A DNA stretch of 64,000 nucleotides from the human T2T-CHM13v2.0 reference genome, Homo sapiens: assembly GCF_009914755.1 (NCBI RefSeq), contig NC_060932.1; one strand, 5' to 3'. A program made the position numbers and the translations under genes. This document shows positions 1 to 13,239 of the stretch, piece after piece. The stretch's first letter is position 1. Every line of letters starts with the position of its first letter. Under the pieces are notes generated by a model that was not told the origin of the DNA, ran no database searches, and saw nothing but the letters and a program-made list of their open reading frames with translations.

Positions 1-534
1 AAAATCACCACAGAACAAGGAAAAATGTGACAGATAGAATAGGAGGGACATAGACAACTGCTTTAGGAGCTTAGATTAATTCTGGTGTGGCATTAGGAAT
101 GGCTTCATAGAGGAGGTGGCATTTGACAAGCCTATAGACACAGAGAAGACATGGGTGGATGGCATTTCATGCTGAGGAGAACCTGGGAAGTTCAGGACAG
201 GCCAGGACACAGCATGCATGGAAGGCAGCTATAAGAAGCAAGATTACAAAAGTCTACTGGGGTCTGGATGTGAAGAGAGCAAAGAGATAGCGAAGAGTTG
301 GGTGGGACAGGATCCCCTTTGGCTGGGGTTGGGAGGATGCAAGGAAGAAGACAGGCATTGACTTTAGGGTTTGGCCAAGTTTGGATTCCTGTGATCTGGG
401 AGAAGACCATAAAGAATCTGCTGATTCAGTCAGAAGGCCTTTTTCCTACAGCTTCTGACTGCTTTTCTTAAATTACCTCTGTTCAGGCTTTTTTCCAGTC
501 CAGTTCAACAAACAACTCTTCAGGATCGTCCTTG

Positions 535-1010
535 ATTATTGAGTACCAATTACTCCAAAACATAGTGACTTAAAACAACACGCACTTACTTGCTGACAAT
601 TCTGCCATTTGGGCAGGTGTTAGTGGGGACAGCTCATCTCTGCTCCACACAGCATCAGCCGAGGTAGCTCAGCTGGGGTTGGAAGACCCACCTGCAAGAT
701 AGCCTCACTCACGTGGCTGGCCAGATGGTGCTGTCCATCAACTGGAAACCTCATTTCTCCTCCAGCTGAACTCTACAGTTGGCTAAGTTAGGCTTCTCAC
801 AGCACAGAGATCTAGTTGTCAGAATTCTTAGAGGGGCTGGCTTCTCTGAAAGAGTAAACCTGGAAGCTGCCAAGCCTTCTTGAGGCTTGGTCTTAAGTTC
901 CTGAACATCATGTCTACCACATTCTATTAGACAAAGCAAGTTGGAGGGCCAGCCCAGATTCAAGGAGAGGAGTCTACCGAAGGGCAGTTACAAAAGCAGT
1001 AATCTACCAC
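535..1010 (-). mobile_element. MaLR LTR (MLT1G/H-like)
   Basis: ccaaaacatagtgacttaaaacaac...ggacagctcatctctgctccac...ccagcccagattcaagg. Confidence 0.7.
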
Positions 1011-1205
1011 TATCCCTGGTCAGTTTCAAGACTGGAGATTAAAAGTGTTAAGATATGGTCCTTGCTACACCCATATCATGAAAGTTTGTGTTAGAGTAAA
1101 AAAAAAAAAAAAAAAAAAAAAAAGCTACACCCATATCGTGAAAGTCTGTCTTAAAGAGAATGAAGAGACATAATAACTGAAAGTAATGCCTATGACCCTG
1201 TTTTT

Positions 1206-1560
1206 TTTTGTTTTTGTTTTTTTTTTTGTTTTTTTTGTTTGTTTGGTTGGTTGGTTTTTTGTTTTTGAGACAGAGTCTCACTCTATCACCCAGGCTGGAG
1301 TGCCTGAAGTGCAGTGGTGCCATCTTGGTTCACCACAACCTCCGCCTCCCAAATTCAAGCAATTCTTCTGCCTCAGCCTCCTGAGTAGCTGGGATTACAG
1401 GTATGTGCCACCACACATGGCTAATTTTTGAATTTTTTTGAATAGAGAGGGGGTTTGCCTATGTTGGCCAGGATGGTCTCAAACTCCTGACCTAAAGTGA
1501 TCCACCTGCCTCGGCCTCCCAAAGTGCTCAGATTACAGGGGTGAGCCACCACACCCGGCC
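1206..1560 (-). mobile_element. Alu (AluS-like) with decayed T/G tail
   Basis: Full dimer. TSD a(t/g)gaccctgttttt at 1192-1205 and 1561-1574. Confidence 0.92.
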
Positions 1561-1574
1561 AGGACCCTGTTTTT

Positions 1575-1915
1575 AAAAAAATCCAGGTAAGGAGACATTT
1601 AAGAGGCAGTAGGGATTTATATGAAATTAGATGAAACAGGAAATCAATGTTAATTTTCTTAGATATAAGAGTAATATTGTGACTATGCAAGAGATTGTCC
1701 ATATTTTTGAGAGATGAATTATGAAGTATTTTCAAGATGAGATATCATGATATCTGCAACTTACTTTCAAATGCTTCAGGAAAAAAATATTGATTGACAG
1801 GTAATGCAACTATTGGCCAAATGTTAACAATTATTGAGTCTAGGTAGCGATAATATGATCAATCATTATCCTGTTCTTTAAAGTTTTGTAAAATGTTTCG
1901 CAACAAAAAGTTGGA
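1575..1915 (+). mobile_element. L1ME-type 3' fragment, interrupted by the Alu at 1206-1560
   Basis: tgttaattttcttag...atatctgcaacttactttcaaatg...ggccaaatgttaacaattattgagtctagg. Confidence 0.6.
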
Positions 1916-2889
1916 GATTAAAAGGTAATGGCCTACTTTTGACCTCTCCATGGAAGAAGATTTTGTAAGAGAAAACAGCCAGAAATACACATAGAAATCA
2001 TACTTAAATGTGTAAGTTCCCTCATTGCATGCCCTGATTTAGGTCTTCCTGCTTAACACACTCTCTAGAACCCACAGGGTAAAGTCTGGAACAAGACTCT
2101 CCTAGAAAGGGGAGGTGGCTGCACCAAGCGTGGCACCACCATGCTGGCTTCTCTGTGCTTCATTTTCTGACTCCAGAGAACAAAATGCTCTTCCTTCATT
2201 TCCTTCTACAGCTGAGAGAGACTAGAACTATCAGAAGGGACTTTATGACAAACACACAGAACTCATAAGCGATATACACTACCAGAGGTACAGCACAGGG
2301 CACTAAGCCTATCATAGCTTTTCACCAAGCTTGGTTTCATATGCGTTGTCCATGTGAAAGCACTATCTTGCTGCCTTGAGTTCAGGAATATCGGGGGAGG
2401 CTGAATGCTCTCCTGTACTTACCTAGGGTATTGCTTCTGGGTTCTGGTTTTGGGTACAAGGACTCCTCTTTCCCAGACAATGGTACACCAAATGATCACA
2501 TCTTTCCAGTGAGACTCCATGCCCGAGCCAAAATTATGATTTAATATGATTCAAGAGCCATTGCAATCCTGTAAGAACAATACACATGCATATGGAGCCT
2601 TCTTTACACAGAAACTCCTTGCCACCATTCCTCCAGTAGCAATCATATCAGTGTTGCTCTTCCCTTCCTCCACAATGCCTCCCTCCTCACGTTGGTTATA
2701 AGTTCACCTTATCCTCCATGCACCTTCTAACTGGACACACATACACATGCACAATATTATTCCCCTGGCTTCCATGATATGATCCTCTTTTGAGTCACCT
2801 TCTGTTTTGCTGATACCCTCCTGCTCTGTGTCTTTCTCTAGCTCTTCTTCTTTCACAAATGAGCTGTTTTCATGTGTTTTTTCACCCAC

Positions 2890-3040
2890 TGGTAGTTTTC
2901 AATTCTGGCTGAATGTCAAATTACCCGTAGAGCTTTGAAAAGATGTATGCGTCCAGGCCCTACTCTTGGAGTTTCTAATTCATTCTGTCCAGGGTAAAGA
3001 GCAGACATTCCATTTTTCGCAAGCTCCCCAGGTGATTTCT
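2890..3040. mobile_element. MER5-like element
   Basis: ccaggccctactc...caagctccccaggtgatt. Confidence 0.6.
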
Positions 3041-3589
3041 GCCCTCTATGTTCCTGAGAAATCTCAAGTAAATGAATGAATAAGTTAACAAATGAGGGAA
3101 CAAATGAAAATCAGGGCTTCAGTATCATGCCTATCCTGATGACACTCATGTCAAATAAACTGCAAGTTTTTCCTGAATGCAAATTTAGCATCTTAAGAGG
3201 GCATCTAGTAATTTTCTTGTGACACAGAGCTGAGACCTAGCTTCAGCTCTAAGAACATCAGGAATCTCCAGTAAATAATTATTGAATGACTAGTGAAGTC
3301 ATGTTATTTCTAGTCCTGATATATCTTACAAGTTCTAGCCCTACATGTCCAACTGTTTGCTAGACTATTTACATGCATCTCAAACTATGTATGCATCTCA
3401 AACAAAATTTGTCTAAAACTTAACTCCTCATCTTTTGTGCAAAAGTTGAGTTCCTAGCATCACCATCATCTCAATGTCTCAGACCTGAAACCTCAGCATC
3501 ATCTTTGTCTCCCTTATTTGTACAAATAGAGGTCTGACCCATTGCCAAGTCCTTTCAACCCTATTCCCTAATGTTCTTTGCATCTTGGG

Positions 3590-4690
3590 AGTAAAATACC
3601 CAGGTGTGAAATATTCTTCCTCCCAGTGCTAGATGCAGAAAGGCATCCTCTCTTTATGCAGCATAAAGCATCCTCTATTTTGGAGAGGATGTCTTGACAC
3701 ATTCTAGACCATTAGACTTCTAAATGTTTTACTAATAGGACAGACCTGAGAACCATCCAGAGTTTATCTCTTGCCCTCTGGAGCCCACATATCTTATCAG
3801 GCTCTAATATACTTGCCACTTAGTCATTTAGTCTGTTAGAATGTTGTCATCCATAGAGTGGATGTTCAGTGTTATGTTCTGATTGTCCAGATGGCCCAGG
3901 TGTCTTTTAACTATACAATGACAGAGGATTGGAGAGTTAACACAGTCCTGGGTCAAGACTCTACCTGACTTTTATTGTCTACTCCAAGTGAATACCAACT
4001 GCTTCTGATCCTCCTTTCTGATATTGGTGCAGGGTAACACATTTCCTAGATCAGTGGCTGCATACCATATACCTGAGGCCATGTCAATCTGTTTTAGCAA
4101 AGATGCCGCATCGGGAAGAGCAGCCTTGCAAAGAACTATTACTTGTTTGAGTTTGTGATGATTTACTGTCATCTTCCATGATCAACTAATTTTCATAAGT
4201 GTCAGACTGACAAATTAAATATAAACTTAATAGAGACCACCACCCTTTATACTTTGTACCTTTAAAGGTTGTGGTAAACTTCTCCTTCCTCTGGGAGGCA
4301 ATGTCATTTTTTATTTACTATCTTGGCCCGAATATGTGGGCAGTTTCAGAGGCTTCCACCTGGTTTTCTTCACTACAAGAGCTCTTAACCCAGAAGCCAA
4401 AGAATGAATGTACAGGCTGTGCCAACTACTAAGTATGTCCAGGTGTGGCTGTGGTCTCAGTGGATCCACCGTAAACCAGATCTGGGGTAGGTTAAGTGGA
4501 GGCTGTGATGATTCTTTGCGTCCCCAGATATAAAGTCAATCAGGCCTTGAAGTGTTTGCCTATTTCCCTTTTTCCAGTCTATAGCTTCAACATCAATGAC
4601 AGAAGGAACATTCTTTATGGAAAATTTCCAGCTAACCATCAAGGAGAAATAAAGCATTTTGCAGCGCCTAATAAAAGAATGGATGCAGGT
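3590..4690 (-). mobile_element. ERVL-class internal relic (protease-RT region of pol), heavily decayed
   Basis: MTVNHHKLKQV...PDAASLLKQIDMASGIWYAATDLGN...QKQLVFTW resembles ERVL RT (MTVDYRKLNQV...WYAAIDLANAF...QKQFAFSW). WKKGNRQTLQGLID resembles the ERVL protease region. Confidence 0.8.
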
Positions 4691-4739
4691 AACAATGGTC
4701 AATGAATACTAAAACAACTAACTAGGTGAGGGTGAACTT

Positions 4740-5310
4740 TTTATAATAAATAAATGAGGCAGAGAGCAGCCACATCCATTGCTCAATCGTAGCATCAATA
4801 ATAGAGGAACAACGACAGGTTATGTGTCTCCTGATGTAACAGACTAGGAAGCATATTACCTTGCAAATATTTTTGTCTAAATAAAATAAATATGAATTTC
4901 ATTAATCCTAGACCTAATGATCAGCTTACAGAAAAATAAAAGGAATAAAATAATAAGTTAAAGGGCACCAAAAGGAAGCAATCAGCCAAACCTAGACTGT
5001 GAGACATTCTACAGAACAAGCTGTTCATTCCTTCAACAAATAAACAGCATTAGGTAGGGGATACAAGAGGGTGGACTGATACAGGAGGATAAAGAAAGAG
5101 ACACAGCAACTAAATGCAACGTATTGACTTTGTTTATATCCTTGTTTGAATAAACCAACTGTAAAAAGACATTTTGAGACAAACAGAAATTTTGAAAAAG
5201 ACTGTGTATCACATAATAATTAGGGAATATTGTTAATTGTGTTAGGTATGATGCTGATATTATGAATTAAGTCAAAAAATAATTTAGAATTTGCTTTAAA
5301 ATATCCAAGC
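4740..5310 (+). mobile_element. L1ME-type 3' fragment
   Basis: ggaagcaatcagccaaa...gacattctacagaacaa...caactaaatgcaacg...aaaagacattttgagacaa. Confidence 0.6.
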
Positions 5311-6259
5311 ATACTAATGCTAATGTATATTCTTTTTTATTCGTCTTCTACATTGTCCTGTACCCTGCTTCCTCACTTTATGAAGTATCAGCTAATGTGG
5401 CAAAATGTAATGCGATGTGACAAATGTAACTCGGAAAAAAAAATCCTATAGAATGTAATAGGAAGCACCAGTGAACACTGCAGGAGGAACTAAGTTATTT
5501 TTGGATCAGATATTGGCAATTGATTTAAGTAACAGGTATCCAATATGAATTCATGGTTCAGTCCAGCCAGCTGAGAATGCACCAAAAGCAAATCAGTTCC
5601 GCTGCAGTATCAGTGAACCAGACATGAACTCAAATACCTATCGAGCTTTGAATAATGGTCATGTGAGTAGATCTCCTTGCCTGTCATTTTGGATTTCTTT
5701 AAAAGTTAGTGATGGTGAGCCATTTTTGTGCAGTATGGTTGGCCTTCCCTGAAGAGGGTTTTATGCACATATCTTGCAAACAAACACAGGATATATAATA
5801 CGAATTTCCCAGAAACAGAGAATATCTTTGGATATCACTTCATTGCAGAATATCTGAATTTCCTCCAAATGATAATATGAAACTTTCATATGATATGGTC
5901 TATTAAAAATCAAGACCTCAAGAGTCAAATGGATGCACAAACATTTGAAACCACTGCTAACACAGTATCTCCCTGCATACCTATATAACTAATCTAAGCT
6001 TTGTGACCCACAAAATGTCCACAGATTGGAGGCCTTCCCGGGTTAAACCACTGTACAGAAAGGACCTTCTAAAGATCCAAACAAAAACAGACTAAATAAA
6101 ACTGCAAGTCATAGTCACCCATTTTATATATTTCTGTTTACACACGCATTTATCTGAGTCATATTGCTGTGCTTTAAACTTTTGCCCATCAATAAATATT
6201 TGTGGAATAAATGAATGAATGAATGTTTAGGAATGTTCAAACTTCCTCAGTATCTAGTG

Positions 6260-6795
6260 ATTTAAAAAAAACTCAAACTGGCTTATTAAAAACAATAAAA
6301 ATAAAAAGGATAAAGGTGAGGATTTATTTCCTTAGATAACTAATAACTTTCAGGGCTAGTCTGATTTCAGGCCCCAGTGAATGAGGTAACACAAACAATA
6401 CAATCAGGACATGGTTCCTCTGAATGTTTCTGTTTTCAAGCATGCTCTGCCCATGGTTAAAGGCAGTCCAGGAATGTGTGCTTCTCTCTGCAATCTCATA
6501 AGAAGAAATTACTACACTAAAGCATTGGAATCCACTCTAATTAAGTAGACTTACAACCTATTTTCATCCCTCCACCAATCACAGGGACCAAGAGAATTTT
6601 GTTCACCACATGGCCACATCACCACTTTTAGCAAACTGAGAGCATTGGTCCCCTGATTGGTTAGCTTGGATCTCATGTCTATTCCGGAGTTGGAGAGTGG
6701 ACTCCTACCAGAATCACATAACAGTAGAGGGGGGATGGGGTCCCCCAAAAGAAATTGGAGTGCCGTTACCTAAAGCAGGGGGGAAAATGGCAGGG
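6260..6795 (-). mobile_element. Old MaLR LTR (MLT1K/L-like)
   Basis: actcaaactggctta...gattggttagcttggatctcatg...ccccaaaagaaattggag. Confidence 0.55.
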
Positions 6796-8029
6796 TAGCT
6801 AATTTAATTCTTGCTGCATGCATAATTTCATGGTTTTTCTCTGGAGGAGAAAGCTGCTGCTAATGTTATTTTGTCTATCCAGCATCTCAGATGATTCCAT
6901 ATATTGAAAAGTGTGGACACAATGACAGCCCATTTCAGAAAGGTGGCCCCTGGAAGTACATTGTACATCATTATGACCACCTGAGGCACAAAGAGATTTT
7001 CCCCAGAACAAAGGTAAACCCAGTTCTACTACCTCCTATTACTGCTTGGAACTACAAATCTATGACCATCTAATACAGGGAAGAAGCCACAACAGTAGAG
7101 TTGACAGAAGAGTAACAAACTTTTAGGAACTTAAGCCCCTAAATATGTGCTCTTTTATGTTGAGTGGCACCCTTACCTCAGTAGACCTGCCAGAAGTGAC
7201 TCCTTTTGAAATTGCTTTCACTGCCCATTTGTCAAAACTTGCTGGAGGGAAGGGATCTTGTCTATCTTATTGGTTGTGGAAGCCCCAAAATTGAGCACAA
7301 TGCCTGGGACATATCAGGTGCTCAATAAATGTTTTTGAGTGAATAAATAAGAAACAGTCAAACCTTTCAAATTTTTACCTTCTCTTCCAAAGTGGACTTT
7401 CAAGTGGACTTAGTTTTGTCTGTTTGCATCATAGCAAAGAAGAGAAAAGATCCTGAATTTTAATAAAGATATTTCACATTGGTATATTATATGAGTTTCC
7501 AGCATGCTTTTACATGTATTCTTATTCAAAATGACTCTCAGCTGGGGACAGGACATTAACATTATTATGATGTAGAAATGGAAGCTCCTAGAAGTTAGTT
7601 GCTAAGGTCACATGGCTAGTAAGTGGCCCAGCCATGAAAGATGGTTCCATGGGACCTCAAAGAAGAGGTCCTTAATTCTGGTGGGAGAGGCCCTTTCATA
7701 GGAATAAACTTCTAAAAGGACTATTGAGCAGGAATTTACCTGATGTGCAGAGATGAAGAATATTTCAGGCTCAACGAAGGAATCGCATGTACAAAGCCAT
7801 TCAGGCTTGAAAAAGCAGAGTATTTATGAGCAACTAAGAGAAATGTGAAGGACAGAGAGCAGATTCTGGAGGAACTCTATGCTTTTTAAAGAGTTAGGAC
7901 TTTACCATATAAGTAATGGATGGTTCAGAAAGTATAATAATCTGTTTTGCTTTTTTTATAAGTATGCAGAATGGATTGGAATGAGTAAGACCAGAGCCAG
8001 AGAGAGTAGTTTGAGTTGGTTTAGCCACA

Positions 8030-8350
8030 TAGTAGACACTAATTAGGGTCACCCACATACAATTTCCTCTTCTTCCTGAGCCCGTGTGTCAGCTATACTT
8101 CTCAGCCATCTTGCAGCTGAAATGAGAAGTAATGTACATCACTTTGAGGCTGAGACATTTATAAGCTGGAAGCTACCTCCACACTCTCCCTTGTTGCAGT
8201 GATCTTAGAAGGTCGCTGCTGAGAAAATGCTGTCACAAGACGAAGGAAACCTAAGTCATGAGAAAAGCTCTCCAACATACTCCAACTTGCCCCTGCAAAC
8301 AGCATCAGGGCCTGCATGAATAAGAAATAAACTTTTGTTGTGCTAAGACA
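8030..8350 (+). mobile_element. Old MaLR LTR (MLT1I/J-like)
   Basis: ttcctcttcttcctgag...agaaataaacttttgttgtgctaag. Confidence 0.5.
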
Positions 8351-9316
8351 TTAAATAAAAGACTTCATTCCTACCACCAAGGGCCTTGTCTATTGGGAAG
8401 CTGGAAGAAAACACTGATGAATCAATCAGTGGATAGTACATGCCAATGCACAGCGGAGTGTGAAATTAGATGGACAGATTGTCATGGTGGAGTAGTCTGG
8501 AAGGCTTCATGGAATAGGCAGCCTCTGTAAGAGCCTTGAAGAATGTCAAGTAGAACTTGAAGAGGTCATGGAGGTCATTAGGGAAGTGGTTGAAAAGAAC
8601 ATCACAAATATGCCTGCTTTAATTGGGAAATGCTTGACTTCTCATGGTGCAGGAATCTATAAAAGGGTGGTGATAGCTCAAGTTCCATCTGATTGTTTTT
8701 CCAAGTGAGGAAGATCGAGCCTGGTTTGTTTTCTTAACAAACCATATTTTTAGTGGAGTCCATTATGAATCTTACATTTTTCAAGCTGTCTCAAAGCTTA
8801 TTTTATGTTGACATATTTCAAAGCTTGCAAAATTCTTGCTCAGGCCGAGATGGAGAGTTCAAAATGAAAGGAAAGTGCATAGACAAGAGCATTACTTCAT
8901 AACCCATTTAACTAGAGAGAAATGATCATTTGTGGAATCCCTCACGTTATCATCCTGCTATTTTAAAACACTCCTGTTTATAGTAGGCCTGGCTTGGTGA
9001 GAATTCATTGCAGACCAGGTGGCCACCTCCTGCTCAGTCCCCTCTTCAGAACCTATTTCAAAACAAGTCATCCACTGTGACTGCTGCTTGGCAGATCCCA
9101 AATCACAGTACACAGGGAGCCCTAAGGATTGATTCATTTATCTCAGCATCCTGGGGCCTCACATAACACAGGGCAAAAATACATACTCCTAGACTTGGCA
9201 TGAGACTTGGCTCTATTAATACATTTTAGCTTCTATTATCTACTCCTAACTTATTTGTTTGATCATTTTTTCCACAAATGTTCAATAAGGAACTACCATG
9301 TTCAAAACATAGTGCT

Positions 9317-9655
<339 letters not shown>

Positions 9656-11878
9656 CTAAGTGCCAAGGGAGACGTGAAGATGAAGATGTAGATCTTATCT
9701 TCTAAGAGGCCAGGCTTTTCTCTTCTACTAACTTTGTGGCTGGGCCTAGGACTTGCTTCAGATAGTTGTTCAGGTAAATCAGAGTTTTCGCTGGTGCTGC
9801 AGGAAATTAAACTACATCCTCTGATTTTGGAACTATGCCTCTCAACTAGCTATTTCCTGGTCAAAAACCAAACTGAAGTTTTGGTGCTGGTTAAACTTAC
9901 CGCTCTCTCTTCTTCCAGTCAGACTTAGGGTGCCAATGTGGGACCTTCAAGAGACCCAGAGACTGCTCTGAAGATCAGACTGGCTCACTGGGCTGCTAAA
10001 TTCATCTGGTCACTCCAGATTTTCACACAAAACTGACACAAAAGAGAAGGAGTTCTTCCCTTGCTAGCTACTAAGTGGGGTTTTATTCAACCACCAACCA
10101 AGTTGGTTAATAAAATTCATAACCAGACTTGGTGACCTGAACAGAATTTACACAAAAGGAGCTCTCTGACAACTGGTGTGAAGAAAGCATTCCTCTTAAA
10201 CTCTGATCACTGACAGGCTTAATTTCATAATCAGAAACAGCAGGAGCAATAATTTATTTCTTTTTCTCCTCTCAGCTTCCAAATACACCTGGCTGTCATA
10301 GTAACAGGAGGCGTGAGGTTGGATTCAGTAGTAGAAACATGCTGCTCTTTAAAGGCATCAGCCAAGCAAATAAAAATACTGGCTTATTACATAAAGGAAC
10401 ATTGACTTTTATTTTAGCTATTATTGTTTTCATGAGTTCAGTAAATCCAGATGTAATTTTTACCATAACAGTAAAATACATTAGTTTTACAGTAGGCAGT
10501 TACAGCTGACTGATGGATTGATGGGTGATCATTGGTGCCCTCAGGTAGAGCCCTCTCTCTTGGTTTTTCTAATACATTTTATTTTGTGGCTGGTTTGTTC
10601 TATGTAGAATCTGATTTATTTGTAGGCACTGTTTTCAAAAGTAGGAAACATTTATTTTGTTTTGTTTGTCAAAGAATGGCCTTGCACGCTGTTGTTTTGG
10701 GACATTTAGTTGAACTGGCACCATCCTGTTTTAAAACATCACAGCGTTAAGGAAACTTGACCTACGTCACCAAAGTGCTCAATCTTCTCCAGCGAGCCGT
10801 GCCAACAGAATGCATCTGTACATATGTCATACCATAACTTCTCCAGCTGAGCTCCAAGAGTAAACCTCCTTCTGAAAAATAATCAGGACCCTCCCCTCAC
10901 CCGCCAAACCTTCAGAATCTTACCTCTTTTTGAAGGCAAATCTCTTACACAAAAATGGAGCATTTTTATTTACTACTCCCTGGGCAACATATTTTCTCTG
11001 GAATTAGCCAGTGAGTGATGGACCCTCACTCTGGAAGTGAGTGTCCATCAATAGAACTAGACTTCCCTAATGTCCTGTGGGGTTGTGTTTAAAATCAGGC
11101 AAAATCTCCAAGAATTTTGACAATGAGACACAGATTTATGCACAAGTATGTTAATGACCATATTTTTCATAACTGCAAAGGAAAAGAAAAGAAAAACAAG
11201 ATACTCAATACTGGGAGATGGTTGAGTAAATTATGGTACAACTATCATGGCATGTTATGTATCTTTTTTAATTGTGTTAATAGAGAATTTAAATGGCATG
11301 TGGAAATAAGCATTATATAACAAATAAAAAATAAGAATGCAAAAATCTTATGTAAAGAATGCTCTCTACTATGTGAAAAATAGAGAAAAACAACTACCTT
11401 AAGGTAATAGGCTAAATTATGTATCGTTGTGATGGGACAGAGGTGGAAATGGAGACTGGGAATTGGGAATAATTATCCTGTTTTTATCCTCTTTGTATTT
11501 TCTGAATTTTCCACAGTTGGCAGGCACGATCTTCATATTTTGCTGTTGATGTTTTTGTTATTGTTTAGTAGATTTTAAGGCGAAGCAAAAAGCAGAATCT
11601 GCCATCCTGGAACTCAGCCCAATTTCATAGTTTATTTTTAGATGGTTTTGTGATCGTGAGATTGCATAGTAACTTATGCACTAGGGAGAAGATTGAATTT
11701 GTAGGGAATTTAGAGACAAAAAGCACTTTAACTTCTTTTAAGCCTCTGTTTTAAAATACATGGGGGGATGGGGAAAGAAAGATCTAAATAGGCAATGTCA
11801 CAGAGAGGAAACAGGCAGGGAAGTTTAATGACACCACAGCATAGCCTTGTGTGAGGTCAGGACAAAAATGGCAGGTTT

Positions 11879-12617
11879 GTTTGTTGTTGTTGTTGTTTTA
11901 GGGGTCCCATGATCTGGGTGGTTTTTTTTCCACTTTTTTTTTTATTATACTTTAAGTTCTAGGGTACATATGCACAACGTGCAGGTTTGTTACATACGTA
12001 TACATGTGCCATGTTGATGTGCTGCACCCATTAACTCGTCATTTACATTAGGTATATCTCCTAATGCTATCCCTCCCCCGTCCCCCCACTCCACGACAGG
12101 CCCCGGTGTGTGATGTTCCCCTTCCTGTGTCCAAGTTTTCTCATTGTTCAATTCCCACCTATGAGTGAGAACACGCGGTGTTTGGTTTTTTGTCCTTGAG
12201 ATAGTTTGCTGAGAATGATGGTTTCCGGCTTCATCCATGTCCCTACAAAGGATATGAACTCATCCTTTTTTATGGCTGCATAGTACTCCATGGTGAATAT
12301 GTGCCACATTTTCTTAATCCAGTCTATCATTGATGGACATCTGGGTTGGTTCCAAGTCTTTGCTATTGTGAATAGTGCCACAGTAAACATACGTGTGCGT
12401 GTGTCTTTATAGCAGCATGATTTATAATCCTTTGGATATATACCTGGTAATGGGATGGCTGGGTCAAATGGTATTTCTAGTTCTAGATCCTTGAGGAATT
12501 GCCACACTGTCTTCCACAATGGTTGAACTAGTTTACAGTCCCACCAACAGTGTAAAAGTGTTCCTATTTCTCCACATCCTCTCCAGCACCTGTTGTTTCC
12601 TGACTTTTTAATGATCG
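11879..12617 (-). mobile_element. 5'-truncated L1 (L1PA5-like) with a short 3' transduction
   Basis: ORF2 C-terminus ([14 protein letters not shown]...SLIGGN) plus 3'UTR at 11944-12617. TSD aaatggcaggttt at 11866-11878 and 12618-12630. Confidence 0.93.
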
Positions 12618-13079
12618 AAATGGCAGGTTTTGAATTCAAGATTAACACCTATACGTCTAAGAAAAAACTACGTAAATTGCACAGACTTGGCTCACACTTA
12701 CCCAATTGTAAAGACATTTTCTTCCTCTTTTAGGGCACCTGACTCCAAGATTTGCAAAGCTGGCCCTCCTTACTCAATGCTTATAGCAATCAAATAAAGC
12801 TTAACAAGTTCACCTACAGTAAATAACCCTTCTTGTCCTTTCCCTATTGAGATAGGCAAATAGCACCTGGCAGATAATATGAGCTTTGCTTGGACTCCTT
12901 AGGGCAACAAGAGAGCTGGGAATGGTGCAACTGAGTCCCAAGACTTGTTCAAAATACTCCAGGATATGCGAGAATTTCTTAAGAGCAAACAGAATGAATG
13001 AGGTGGAAAAGATAACGGTTTAAAGAAAATACTCTGTCCTTAAATTTGGTGCACCTCTGGGTTGTTAGGTTATTTTTCT

Positions 13080-13197
13080 AAAAAAAAAAAAAAAAGAATA
13101 TGAAGAAGAAAGGAAAAAAGAGACGTAAAGAAGGAAGAAAAGGAAGGAAGGAAGGAGAGAAAGAAAGAAAAAGAAAGAAAGAAAGAAAGAAAGAAAA

Positions 13198-13237
<40 letters not shown>

Positions 13238-13239
13238 AA
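13080..13239. repeat. Complex A/(GAAA)n/(GGAA)n polypurine STR
   Basis: About 160 nt of almost pure purine. Confidence 0.9.

Noticed and set aside
1048-1735. ORFs overlapping Alus, also at 9226-9514, 20069-20711 and 48860-49304
   Set aside because: Standard Alu-derived peptide text with no evidence of exonisation in the sequence.
3972-4172. ERVL RT fragment as a domesticated gene
   Set aside because: Only 66 aa remain open, the neighbouring frames are broken and no intact YxDD motif is evident.
12148-12648. 166-aa ORF as a gene
   Set aside because: It is the L1 ORF2 C-terminus fused by chance to a few codons of flanking DNA.
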